A DNA stretch of 32,858 bases from the IMG/VR virus record IMGVR_UViG_2802429238_000001; one strand, given 5' to 3'. Below are positions 19,409 to 28,461 of the stretch, in pieces. A model generated the notes under the pieces. It was not told the DNA's origin. It was given only the letters and a program-made list of their open reading frames with translations, and made no database searches. Both the position numbers and the translations under genes were made by a program. This stretch comes from a virus (lineage: Duplodnaviria; Heunggongvirae; Uroviricota; Caudoviricetes). Each line of letters begins with the position of its first letter. Position 1 is the first letter of the stretch.

Positions 19409-19553
19409 CCCGGAGACGAACGGCGATTTAAGTGCCGATATCCGACAGCTTGAGAACGCGCTGGCACGCTGTGCCAGCCAGGTAAAAATGATTAAACACT
19501 GTCAGGACGAAAACGATGCTCAAACCCGACAGCCTGCGCAGGGCGCTGACTGA
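19263..19553 (+). CDS. lysC: LysC, Rz1-like outer-membrane lipoprotein spanin component
   Basis: 96 aa from ATG 19263 in the +1 frame inside lysB, extending into R; lipobox-like LCAGC near the N-terminus. Confidence 0.75.
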   Translation: MKTKIFAAGTALACLMLCAGCTSARPAPTPVIVANACPKVSLCPMPGSDPETNGDLSADIRQLENALARCASQVKMIKHCQDENDAQTRQPAQGAD

Positions 19554-19983
19554 TGCCGTCACGGTGCTGAAAACCAGTCCCGAGATGCTGCGGATATTCG
19601 TTGATAACGGGAGTATTGCCTCCACGCTGGCGACGTCGTTGTCATTCGAAAAGCGTTACACGCTCAATGTGATTGTGACCGACTTTACCGGTGATTTTGA
19701 CCTGCTCATCGTGCCGGTGCTGGCGTGGCTGCGGGAAAATCAGCCCGACATCATGACCACCGACGCAGGCCAGAAAAAGGGCTTCACGTTTTATGCAGAC
19801 ATCAACAATGACAGCAGCTTTGATATTAGCATCAGCCTGATGCTGACCGAGCGCACGCTGGTCAGTGAGGTGGACGGCGCACTGCATGTGAAGAATATCC
19901 CGGAACCCACGCCGCCGGAGCCGGTCACCCGCCCGGTGGAGCTTTATATCAATGGCGAACTGGTGAGCAAGTGGGATGAATGA
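19516..19983 (+). CDS. R: Tail completion protein, P2 gpR family
   Basis: 155 aa, same size as P2 R; synteny. Confidence 0.85.
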   Translation: MLKPDSLRRALTDAVTVLKTSPEMLRIFVDNGSIASTLATSLSFEKRYTLNVIVTDFTGDFDLLIVPVLAWLRENQPDIMTTDAGQKKGFTFYADINNDSSFDISISLMLTERTLVSEVDGALHVKNIPEPTPPEPVTRPVELYINGELVSKWDE

Positions 19984-20428
19984 GTTTAAGCGTTTTGAAG
20001 ACCGGCTGACCGGACTGATTGAATCGCTGTCACCGTCAGGGCGTCGGCGACTGAGCGCCGAACTGGCGAAACGTCTGCGGCAGAGTCAGCAGCGTCGGGT
20101 GATGGCTCAGAAAGCCCCGGACGGCACACCCTACGCGCCACGCCAGCAGCAGAGCGCCAGAAAAAAGACTGGTCGTGTTAAGCGAAAAATGTTTGCGAAA
20201 CTTATCACCAGTCGTTTTTTGCATATCCGCGCCAGCCCGGAACAGGCATCAATGGAGTTTTACGGCGGAAAGTCACCGAAAATCGCCAGTGTGCATCAGT
20301 TCGGTCTGTCGGAAGAAAACCGGAAAGACGGTAAGAAAATTGATTATCCGGCGCGTCCCCTGCTCGGCTTTACCGGTGAGGATGTGCAGATGATTGAAGA
20401 GATTATTCTGGCGCACCTCGACCGTTAG
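19976..20428 (+). CDS. S: Tail completion protein, P2 gpS family
   Basis: 150 aa; overlaps the R end; synteny. Confidence 0.85.
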   Translation: MNEFKRFEDRLTGLIESLSPSGRRRLSAELAKRLRQSQQRRVMAQKAPDGTPYAPRQQQSARKKTGRVKRKMFAKLITSRFLHIRASPEQASMEFYGGKSPKIASVHQFGLSEENRKDGKKIDYPARPLLGFTGEDVQMIEEIILAHLDR

Positions 20429-20494
20429 TTGTGCCATTCCCGACACCTCATCGTCACATTGCCGCCGGTATGACCCGGCGGCATCCTTCCCGTT
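20429..20494 (+). promoter_or_regulatory. Intergenic region upstream of V (expected late promoter PV) with a 9-bp-stem hairpin
   Basis: TGCCGCCGG (20460-20468) / CCGGCGGCA (20475-20483) inverted repeat 12 nt upstream of the V ATG; no T-run follows. Confidence 0.4.
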
Positions 20495-21130
20495 ATGAAC
20501 ACTCTCGCAAATATTCAGGAACTCGCGCGCGCACTGCGCAACATGATCCGCACCGGCATTATCGTCGAAACCGACCTTAACGCCGGTCGCTGCCGTGTGC
20601 AGACCGGCGGCATGTGCACCGACTGGCTTCAGTGGCTAACCCATCGCGCCGGACGTTCGCGCACATGGTGGGCACCTTCCGTGGGGGAACAGGTGCTGAT
20701 TCTGGCCGTGGGCGGTGAACTCGACACTGCGTTCGTTCTGCCGGGGATTTATTCCGGCGATAACCCCGCACCGTCGGCGTCGGCGGATGCCCTGCATATC
20801 CGTTTCCCTGACGGGGCGGTGATTGAGTATGAACCTGAAACCAGTGCACTCACGGTAAGCGGAATTAAAACGGCCAGCGTGACGGCTTCTGATTCTGTTA
20901 CTGCCACGGTGCCGGTGGTCATGGTGAAAGCATCAACCCGCGTCACCCTGGACACACCGGAGGTGGTCTGCACCAACAGGCTGATTACCGGCACGCTGGA
21001 AGTGCAGAAGGGCGGGACGATGCGCGGCAACATTGAACATACCGGTGGTGAACTCTCATCAAACGGGAAGGTACTGCATACCCATAAACACCCCGGCGAC
21101 AGCGGCGGCACAACCGGGAGTCCTCTATGA
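20495..21130 (+). CDS. V: Baseplate central spike, P2 gpV family
   Basis: 211 aa, same size as P2 V; synteny. Confidence 0.88.
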   Translation: MNTLANIQELARALRNMIRTGIIVETDLNAGRCRVQTGGMCTDWLQWLTHRAGRSRTWWAPSVGEQVLILAVGGELDTAFVLPGIYSGDNPAPSASADALHIRFPDGAVIEYEPETSALTVSGIKTASVTASDSVTATVPVVMVKASTRVTLDTPEVVCTNRLITGTLEVQKGGTMRGNIEHTGGELSSNGKVLHTHKHPGDSGGTTGSPL

Positions 21131-21474
21131 CAGCGCGTTATCTCGGAATGAATCGCAGTGATGGCCTGACTGTCACTGACCTTGAGCATATCAGCCAGAG
21201 TATCGGCGATATCCTGCGCACACCGGTCGGCTCACGGGTGATGCGTCGTGATTACGGCTCGTTGCTGGCGTCAATGATTGACCAGCCGCAGACCCCGGCG
21301 CTTGAGTTGCAGATTAAGGTCGCCTGTTACATGGCGGTACTGAAATGGGAACCCCGCGTCACCCTGTCATCTGTCACCACGGCGCGCAGTTTTGACGGGC
21401 GAATGACGGTCACGTTAACCGGTCAGCACAACGACACCGGTCAGCCACTTTCGTTAACCATCCCTGTGAGTTGA
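21127..21474 (+). CDS. W: Baseplate wedge protein, P2 gpW family
   Basis: 115 aa; ATGA overlap with the V stop. Confidence 0.88.
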   Translation: MTARYLGMNRSDGLTVTDLEHISQSIGDILRTPVGSRVMRRDYGSLLASMIDQPQTPALELQIKVACYMAVLKWEPRVTLSSVTTARSFDGRMTVTLTGQHNDTGQPLSLTIPVS

Positions 21475-21478
21475 AACC

Positions 21479-22387
21479 ATGCCGATTATCGACCTGAACC
21501 AGCTACCCGCACCGGATGTGGTTGAGGAGCTGGACTTTGAAACCATTCTTGCCGAACGCAAGGCGACACTGATTTCCCTTTACCCGGAAGACCAGCAGGA
21601 GGCGGTCGCCCGTACCCTGACGCTGGAATCCGAGCCTCTCGTCAAACTGCTGGAGGAAAATGCTTATCGTGAGCTTATCTGGCGTCAGCGTGTGAATGAG
21701 GCCGCACGGGCAGTAATGCTGGCCTGTGCCGCCGGTAATGACCTTGATGTGATTGGTGCCAATTACAACACCACGCGCCTGATTATCACCCCGGCAGATG
21801 ATTCGACCATCCCGCCGACACCGGCAGTGATGGAGTCTGACACCGATTATCGGCTGCGTATTCAGCAGGCGTTTGAGGGCTTAAGCGTCGCCGGGTCGGT
21901 GGGAGCCTATCAGTATCATGGTCGCAGTGCCGACGGGCGTGTCGCGGATATCTCTGTCACCAGTCCGTCTCCGGCCTGCGTCACCATCTCTGTGCTGTCA
22001 CGTGAAAATAACGGCGTCGCATCCGAAGACCTGCTGGCGGTGGTGCGTAACGCCCTGAATGGCGAGGACGTCAGGCCGGTGGCCGACCGCGTGACCGTAC
22101 AGTCTGCCGCCATTGTTGAATACCAGATAAACGCCACGCTTTACCTTTACCCAGGCCCCGAAAGCGAACCCATCCGCGCTGCCGCCGTGAAAAAACTGGA
22201 AGCGTATATCACGGCACAGCACCGGCTGGGGCGCGACATCCGTCTGTCTGCCATTTATGCCGCTTTGCATGTGGAAGGTGTGCAGCGTGTCGAGCTGGCC
22301 GCACCACTGGCCGACATTGTGCTCAACAATACGCAGGCATCTTTCTGTACCGAATACCGCGTCGTGACCGGAGGCTCGGATGAGTGA
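21479..22387 (+). CDS. J: Baseplate wedge protein, P2 gpJ family
   Basis: 302 aa, same size as P2 J; synteny. Confidence 0.88.
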   Translation: MPIIDLNQLPAPDVVEELDFETILAERKATLISLYPEDQQEAVARTLTLESEPLVKLLEENAYRELIWRQRVNEAARAVMLACAAGNDLDVIGANYNTTRLIITPADDSTIPPTPAVMESDTDYRLRIQQAFEGLSVAGSVGAYQYHGRSADGRVADISVTSPSPACVTISVLSRENNGVASEDLLAVVRNALNGEDVRPVADRVTVQSAAIVEYQINATLYLYPGPESEPIRAAAVKKLEAYITAQHRLGRDIRLSAIYAALHVEGVQRVELAAPLADIVLNNTQASFCTEYRVVTGGSDE

Positions 22388-22910
22388 TTCGCGCCTGCTG
22401 CCGACCGGCTCATCACCGCTTGAAGTCGCCGCCGCAAAAGCTTGTGCGGAAATTGAAAAAACGCCGGTCAGTATTCGTGAGCTGTGGAACCCGGACACCT
22501 GCCCGGCAAATCTGCTGCCGTGGCTGGCGTGGGCGTTTTCGGTTGACCGCTGGGATGAAAAGTGGCCGGAAGCAACAAAACGCGCCGTTATCCGCGATGC
22601 CTATTTCATCCACTGTCATAAAGGCACTATCGGCGCAATCCGGCGTGTGGTGGAGCCGCTCGGCTATCTCATTAACGTAAAGGAATGGTGGGAGACAAAC
22701 GACCCGCCCGGAACCTTTCGCCTTGATATCGGTGTGCTGGAAAGCGGTATCACGGAGGAGATGTATCTGGAAATGGAACGGCTGATTGCCGATGCCAAAC
22801 CCGCAAGTCGCCACCTTATCGGTCTGAACATTATCCAGGACATTCCCGGCTATCTGTATACAGGCGGTGTGGTCTGTGATGGTGATGTTATTACTGTTTA
22901 TCCCGGATAA
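22380..22910 (+). CDS. I: Baseplate protein, P2 gpI family
   Basis: 176 aa; overlaps the J end; synteny. Confidence 0.88.
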   Translation: MSDSRLLPTGSSPLEVAAAKACAEIEKTPVSIRELWNPDTCPANLLPWLAWAFSVDRWDEKWPEATKRAVIRDAYFIHCHKGTIGAIRRVVEPLGYLINVKEWWETNDPPGTFRLDIGVLESGITEEMYLEMERLIADAKPASRHLIGLNIIQDIPGYLYTGGVVCDGDVITVYPG

Positions 22911-22920
22911 GTGAGAAACA

Positions 22921-25545
22921 ATGAGCACGAAATTTAAAACCGTTATCACTACTGCCGGAGCCGCAAAGCTGGCAGCCGCCACTGTCCCCGGCGGGAAAAA
23001 AGTAAACCTGTCTGCAATGGCCGTGGGTGACGGTAATGGCAAATTACCGGTGCCGGATGCCGGTCAGACGAAACTGGTGCATGAGGTCTGGCGTCACGCT
23101 CTGAATAAAGTCAGCGTGGATAACAAGAATAAAAACTATATCGTGGCTGAACTGGTTGTACCGCCCGAAGTGGGCGGCTTCTGGATGCGTGAGCTTGGTC
23201 TGTATGACGATGCCGGAACACTGATTGCGGTATCCAACATGGCAGAAAGCTATAAGCCAGAACTGGCTGAAGGCTCCGGACGTGCGCAGACCTGCCGCAT
23301 GGTTATTATTCTCAGCAACGTGGCGTCCGTTGAGCTGAGTATTGATGCCAGCACAGTGATGGCGACGCAGGATTACGTCGATGACAAAATCGCAGAGCAT
23401 GAGCAGTCCCGCCGCCATCCTGACGCCACGCTGACGGAAAAAGGCTTTACTCAGTTAAGCAGTGCAACAAACAGCACCAGTGAAAAGCTGGCGGCAACGC
23501 CAAAGGCAGTAAAAGCAGCCTATGACAATGCTGAAAAACGTATGCAGAAAGACCAGAACGGTGGCGATATTCCAGATAAGGGCGCTTTTCTGGACAATAT
23601 TGGCGTTACCAGCCTGACGTTTATGAAACACAATGGAATGATTCCAACCACTGACAATCTTGACTCCTATGGCCCAGAAGAAAAATATCTTGGAACGTGG
23701 TCATGTCCGTCACAATCCACTGCAAAACCAGAGTCTGGTTACCCTGAAGATAAAGGCAATGGGGTTCTGGAAGTATTCAATGCTGGTCGCTTTCACTGCA
23801 CACAACGCTACACCACCCGAACCGGTAATATTTACATTCGGATGCTTGATGCAGAATGGAACCCAGCCAGTCCAACATGGAGTGCATGGAGAGTTATTAC
23901 AAGCGGGACTCGACCATTAAGCACGTCAATTGACCTGAATTCTTTAGGTGGCGCGGAACACCTGGGAATATGGCGCAATAGCAGTACATCAATAGCCTCA
24001 TTTGAACGTCATTTCCCGGAGGACGGGAGCTTTGGTCAGGGTATTCTGGAAGTCTTTGAAGGCGGTCTGTATGGGAGAATGCAACGTTACACCACCCGTA
24101 GTGGGACTATGTACATTCGCGGACTGACTGCCTCATGGGATGCAGAGAATCCACAATGGGAGGACTGGATTGCTGTTGGGTATCAGTCCACGGGATGGAC
24201 TTATTCAGGGGATCTTGATGACCTTTTAAAGCCTGGTATTTATAGCGTCACGAAACAGGCCACAAATGCACCAGTCACCGACTCTAAAGATCTTGCTGTT
24301 GGCTCAATAGTTGAAGTGAAAAAACGTTGTGATATTGAATCGTATATCCAGACATATACGACAGTTTCTGCAACGGATGCCTATAAAAACCGGACATTTC
24401 AACGAACTCGTGCCAGCGGTGAAGCTGACTGGGGGGAATGGGCGGAAGTTTACAACTCAAAATCATTACTCACTAAATTAGGTGTCGGCGGTGTTACCGA
24501 CAGGTTATCCAGTCTGGACTGGCAGACCTACGACTTTGTGCCGGGCAGCATGATAACTGTCAGACTCTCCGATATGACCAATATCCCCGATGGGATGGAA
24601 TGGGGCGTCATTGATACTAACCTGATAAATATCACTGTTGGCCCCAGTGAAGGTGGAGGTGTCGCCCGTTCAATGCAGGTATGGCGCAGCACCTCAAACA
24701 AAACCAACTATCGTTTTTTTACAGTCCGCTTATATGGCAATCCTAGGGAGCGTAGCTTCAATATTCGTCGGCTACCAATTATCGACGAAGCCCAGACATG
24801 GGAGGCAAAACAGACATTCAGTGCAGGCCTTTCTGGTGAACTGTCCGGCAATGCGGCTACAGCTACAAAGCTGAAAACGGCAAGGACAATTAACGGCGTA
24901 AAATTTGACGGCTCGGCAAATATTGAAGCATTTCCGCCAGGTGTTCCGTTGCCGTGGCCATCAGATACACCACCTGCGGGCTATGCAATTATGCAGGGGC
25001 AGACGTTTGATAAGGCAGCATATCCGAAACTGGCTATAGCCTATCCTTCTGGTGTTATTCCAGATATGCGCGGCTGGACAATCAAGGGCAAACCCGCCAG
25101 TGGGCGTGCCGTATTGTCACAGGAACAGGACGGGATTAAATCGCATACTCACAGCGCCAGTGCGTCAAATACGGATTTGGGAACGAAAACAACCAGTTCG
25201 TTTGATTACGGGACGAAGACAGTCAGTACGTTTAACTACGGAACAAAAACCACTAATACCACTGGTAACCATACACATACCATTTACAGAGGGAATGCCA
25301 ATACTAATGGTGAAACCGGTAAAACAGGCTTTGACAACCCATCGTTTAATGGCACATCAGGAGCTGCCGGGAATCATGCCCACACGGTAGATATTGGCGC
25401 ACATAATCATACGGTTGGTATTGGTGCACATTCACACACGGTTGCTATTGGATCACACGGGCACTCTATTACCGTTAATGCTACAGGTAATACAGAAAAT
25501 ACCGTAAAAAACATTGCATTTAACTATATTGTGAGGCTTGCATAA
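22921..25545 (+). CDS. H: Tail fibre protein (gpH-type N-terminus with a divergent repeat-rich, His-rich C-terminal region)
   Basis: 874 aa, longer than P2 H as I recall it (about 669 aa). The N-terminal region ([25 protein letters not shown]..) matches gpH; the C-terminal half has tandem repeat units and HxH repeats. Confidence 0.88.
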   Translation: MSTKFKTVITTAGAAKLAAATVPGGKKVNLSAMAVGDGNGKLPVPDAGQTKLVHEVWRHALNKVSVDNKNKNYIVAELVVPPEVGGFWMRELGLYDDAGTLIAVSNMAESYKPELAEGSGRAQTCRMVIILSNVASVELSIDASTVMATQDYVDDKIAEHEQSRRHPDATLTEKGFTQLSSATNSTSEKLAATPKAVKAAYDNAEKRMQKDQNGGDIPDKGAFLDNIGVTSLTFMKHNGMIPTTDNLDSYGPEEKYLGTWSCPSQSTAKPESGYPEDKGNGVLEVFNAGRFHCTQRYTTRTGNIYIRMLDAEWNPASPTWSAWRVITSGTRPLSTSIDLNSLGGAEHLGIWRNSSTSIASFERHFPEDGSFGQGILEVFEGGLYGRMQRYTTRSGTMYIRGLTASWDAENPQWEDWIAVGYQSTGWTYSGDLDDLLKPGIYSVTKQATNAPVTDSKDLAVGSIVEVKKRCDIESYIQTYTTVSATDAYKNRTFQRTRASGEADWGEWAEVYNSKSLLTKLGVGGVTDRLSSLDWQTYDFVPGSMITVRLSDMTNIPDGMEWGVIDTNLINITVGPSEGGGVARSMQVWRSTSNKTNYRFFTVRLYGNPRERSFNIRRLPIIDEAQTWEAKQTFSAGLSGELSGNAATATKLKTARTINGVKFDGSANIEAFPPGVPLPWPSDTPPAGYAIMQGQTFDKAAYPKLAIAYPSGVIPDMRGWTIKGKPASGRAVLSQEQDGIKSHTHSASASNTDLGTKTTSSFDYGTKTVSTFNYGTKTTNTTGNHTHTIYRGNANTNGETGKTGFDNPSFNGTSGAAGNHAHTVDIGAHNHTVGIGAHSHTVAIGSHGHSITVNATGNTENTVKNIAFNYIVRLA

Positions 25546-26123
25546 TGGCTTTCAGAATGAGTGCAGAAGCACAAACTATCCACGTATTTAATTTACTTGA
25601 TGGAACCAATGAATTTATTGGGGAAAGTGACGCATATATCCCACCGTATACTGGCCTGCCTGCAAACAGTACAGATATTGCACCACCTGATATTCCTGCT
25701 GGTTATGCAGCCGTTTTCAATGCAGATGAAATGAAATGGGAACTGATGGAAGACCATCGCGGAAAGACTGTCTACGAAACGAAAACGGGAGCAGCCATTT
25801 ATATTTCTGAACTTGGCGTATTACCTCCAGACGTGACAGCTATTTCCCCTGAGGGGGATTATCAGAAATGGAACGGAAATGCGTGGGTGAATGATGAGAA
25901 TGCAGAGCGTGATGCACTTGTCAGAGCGGCGGAGTCTCAGAAGAAAGAGTTGATTGCATATGCAGGTGAAATTATTGCCACGCTGCAGGATGCTGTCGAT
26001 TTAGATATGGCTACCGAGGAAGAAAAGTTAAGCCTGACACACTGGAAAAAATACCGTGTGCTACTGAATCGCGTTCAGCCGGAAAATGCCCCGGATATTG
26101 AATGGCCGGAACTACCGCAATAA
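25545..26123 (+). CDS. G: Tail fibre assembly chaperone (Tfa/gpG family)
   Basis: 192 aa; TAATG overlap with the H stop; GAGG RBS; position immediately after the tail fibre gene. Confidence 0.8.
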   Translation: MAFRMSAEAQTIHVFNLLDGTNEFIGESDAYIPPYTGLPANSTDIAPPDIPAGYAAVFNADEMKWELMEDHRGKTVYETKTGAAIYISELGVLPPDVTAISPEGDYQKWNGNAWVNDENAERDALVRAAESQKKELIAYAGEIIATLQDAVDLDMATEEEKLSLTHWKKYRVLLNRVQPENAPDIEWPELPQ

Positions 26124-26127
26124 ACAC

Positions 26128-26156
26128 AGGCGGGCTGATTGCCCGCCTTTTCTTTA
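26128..26156 (+). terminator. Rho-independent terminator after G
   Basis: AGGCGGGC (26128-26135) / GCCCGCCT (26141-26148) stem with a 5-nt loop, followed by TTTTCTTT. Confidence 0.75.
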
Positions 26157-26255
26157 CCGGTGGTTGTGCTGTTGACTAGCCAACCGGGACAAATAGCCTG
26201 ACATCTCCGGCACAACTGAAAATACCACTCACCCATTAACCACGGAGTTAAACGG
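26157..26255 (+). promoter_or_regulatory. Expected late promoter PF region upstream of FI
   Basis: Intergenic region; shares GTGCTGTTG (26166-26174) and CCGGGAC (26184-26190) with the P/O intergenic region. Confidence 0.45.
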
Positions 26256-27446
26256 ATGAGTGACTATCATCACGGCGTGCAGGTGCTGGAGATTAACGAC
26301 GGCACCCGCGTCATTTCCACCGTATCCACCGCCATTGTCGGCATGGTCTGCACGGCCAGCGATGCGGATGCGGAAACCTTCCCCCTCAATAAACCGGTGC
26401 TGATTACCAATGTGCAGAGCGCAATTGCAAAGGCCGGTAAAAAAGGCACGCTGGCGGCGTCGTTGCAGGCCATCGCTGACCAGTCAAAACCAGTCACCGT
26501 TGTCGTGCGTGTTGAAGACGGCACCGGCGACGACGAGGAAACGAAACTCGCGCAGACCGTTTCCAATATCATAGGCACCACTGACGAAAACGGTCAGTAC
26601 ACCGGACTGAAAGCCCTGATGGGGGCTGAGTCGGTTACCGGCGTTAAACCGCGCATTCTTGGTGTGCCGGGGCTGGACACCAAAGAGGTTGCCGTCGCCC
26701 TGGCATCGGTATGCCAGGAACTGAATGCATTCGGGTATATCAGCGCATGGGGCTGTAAAACCATTTCCGAGGTGAAAGCCTACCGCCAGAATTTCAGCCA
26801 GCGTGAGCTGATGGTCATCTGGCCGGATTTCCTCGCATGGGATACGGTCACCAGCACCACCGCCACCGCGTATGCCACCGCCCGTGCGCTGGGTCTGCGC
26901 GCTAAAATCGACCAGGAGCAGGGCTGGCATAAAACGCTGTCCAACGTCGGGGTAAACGGTGTTACCGGCATCAGCGCATCTGTATTCTGGGATTTGCAGA
27001 AGTCCGGCACTGATGCTGACCTGCTGAATGAGGCAGGCGTCACAACGCTGGTTCGCCGCGACGGTTTCCGTTTCTGGGGTAACCGTACCTGCTCCGATGA
27101 CCCACTGTTCCTCTTTGAAAGCTACACACGCACCGCGCAGGTACTGGCTGACACGATGGCTGAGGCGCACATGTGGGCTATTGATAAGCCCATCACCGCA
27201 ACGCTGATTCGCGACATCATTGACGGCATCAATGCCAAATTCCGTGAGCTGAAAAACAACGGTTATATCGTGGATGGCACATGCTGGTTCAGCGAAGAAT
27301 CCAACGATGCGGAAACCCTCAAGGCCGGAAAACTGTATATCGACTACGACTATACCCCGGTGCCTCCTCTTGAAAATCTGACCCTGCGCCAGCGTATTAC
27401 TTCCAGATACCTGGCAAGTCTGGTCACTTCGGTTAACAGCAATTAA
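26256..27446 (+). CDS. FI: Contractile tail sheath protein, P2 gpFI family
   Basis: 396 aa, same size as P2 FI; GGAG RBS. Confidence 0.9.
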   Translation: MSDYHHGVQVLEINDGTRVISTVSTAIVGMVCTASDADAETFPLNKPVLITNVQSAIAKAGKKGTLAASLQAIADQSKPVTVVVRVEDGTGDDEETKLAQTVSNIIGTTDENGQYTGLKALMGAESVTGVKPRILGVPGLDTKEVAVALASVCQELNAFGYISAWGCKTISEVKAYRQNFSQRELMVIWPDFLAWDTVTSTTATAYATARALGLRAKIDQEQGWHKTLSNVGVNGVTGISASVFWDLQKSGTDADLLNEAGVTTLVRRDGFRFWGNRTCSDDPLFLFESYTRTAQVLADTMAEAHMWAIDKPITATLIRDIIDGINAKFRELKNNGYIVDGTCWFSEESNDAETLKAGKLYIDYDYTPVPPLENLTLRQRITSRYLASLVTSVNSN

Positions 27447-27458
27447 GGAGCCTGACCG

Positions 27459-27977
27459 ATGGCAATGCCGCGCAAACTCAAGTTAATGAACGTCTTTCTG
27501 AACGGCTACAGCTATCAGGGCGTTGCAAAGTCCGTCACGCTGCCAAAACTGACCCGTAAGCTCGAAAACTATCGCGGTGCGGGGATGAACGGCAGCGCAC
27601 CGGTAGACCTCGGCCTTGATGACGATGCGCTGTCAATGGAGTGGTCGCTCGGGGGCTTCCCGGATTCGGTTATCTGGGAGCTTTACGCCGCAACCGGCGT
27701 GGATGCCGTACCGATTCGTTTTGCAGGCTCTTACCAGCGCGACGATACCGGCGAAACGGTGGCCGTTGAAGTGGTCATGCGTGGACGTCAGAAAGAAATC
27801 GACACCGGCGAGGGTAAACAGGGAGAAGACACCGAGTCGAAAATCTCCGTGGTCTGCACCTATTTCCGGCTGACGATGGACGGTAAGGAGCTGGTCGAAA
27901 TCGACACCATCAACATGATTGAGAAGGTGAACGGCGTCGACCGGCTGGAGCAACACCGCCGCAATATCGGCCTGTGA
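27459..27977 (+). CDS. FII: Tail tube protein, P2 gpFII family
   Basis: 172 aa; AAGGAG RBS 8 nt upstream; synteny. Confidence 0.9.
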   Translation: MAMPRKLKLMNVFLNGYSYQGVAKSVTLPKLTRKLENYRGAGMNGSAPVDLGLDDDALSMEWSLGGFPDSVIWELYAATGVDAVPIRFAGSYQRDDTGETVAVEVVMRGRQKEIDTGEGKQGEDTESKISVVCTYFRLTMDGKELVEIDTINMIEKVNGVDRLEQHRRNIGL

Positions 27978-27985
27978 TTTTCATC

Positions 27986-28006
27986 CGGTCAGCCTGGCTG
28001 ACCGGT
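27986..28006 (+). other. Hairpin between FII and E
   Basis: CCGGTCAGC-ctg-GCTGACCGG perfect 9-bp inverted repeat; no U-tract; function unknown. Confidence 0.3.
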
Positions 28007-28033
28007 TAACCCCGATTCAGAAGTGAGAAAACC

Positions 28034-28309
28034 ATGAACAAAGAAAATGTGATTACCCTGGACAATCCGGTCAAACGTGGTGAGCAGGTTATCGAACAGG
28101 TCACGCTGATGAAACCCAGTGCCGGGACGCTGCGCGGTGTCAGTCTGGCTGCGGTCGCAAACTCCGAAGTCGATGCACTGATTAAAGTGCTGCCGCGCAT
28201 GACGGCACCGATGCTGACCGAGCAGGAAGTCGCCGCGCTGGAACTGCCTGACCTTGTGGCGCTGGCCGGTAAGGTGGTCGGTTTTTTGTCGCCGAACTCG
28301 GTGCAGTAA
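28034..28309 (+). CDS. E: Tail assembly chaperone E
   Basis: 91 aa, same size as P2 E; contains the slippery run TTTTTTG near its 3' end. Confidence 0.88.
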   Translation: MNKENVITLDNPVKRGEQVIEQVTLMKPSAGTLRGVSLAAVANSEVDALIKVLPRMTAPMLTEQEVAALELPDLVALAGKVVGFLSPNSVQ

Positions 28310-28461
28310 CGTTTCCGAAAAATCTCTCGGTCGATGACCTGATGGCGGATGTGGCAGTGGTATTTCACTGGCCGCCATCAGAACTGTATCCCATGAGCCT
28401 GACCGAACTCATCACATGGCGCGAAAAGGCGCTCCGGCGAAGCGGAAACACGAATGAGTAA
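28034..28461 (+). CDS. E': Tail assembly chaperone E+E' (programmed -1 frameshift product)
   Basis: Slippery heptamer TTTTTTG at 28283-28289; the -1 frame stays open from there to TAA 28459-28461, overlapping the T start. Predicted by analogy to P2 E/E' and lambda G/GT. Confidence 0.7.

Noticed and set aside
22413-23042. 209-aa ORF on the minus strand
   Set aside because: Antisense across the I/H junction; overlaps two well-supported genes; spurious.
26484-27170. 228-aa ORF on the minus strand
   Set aside because: Antisense within the tail sheath gene FI; spurious.
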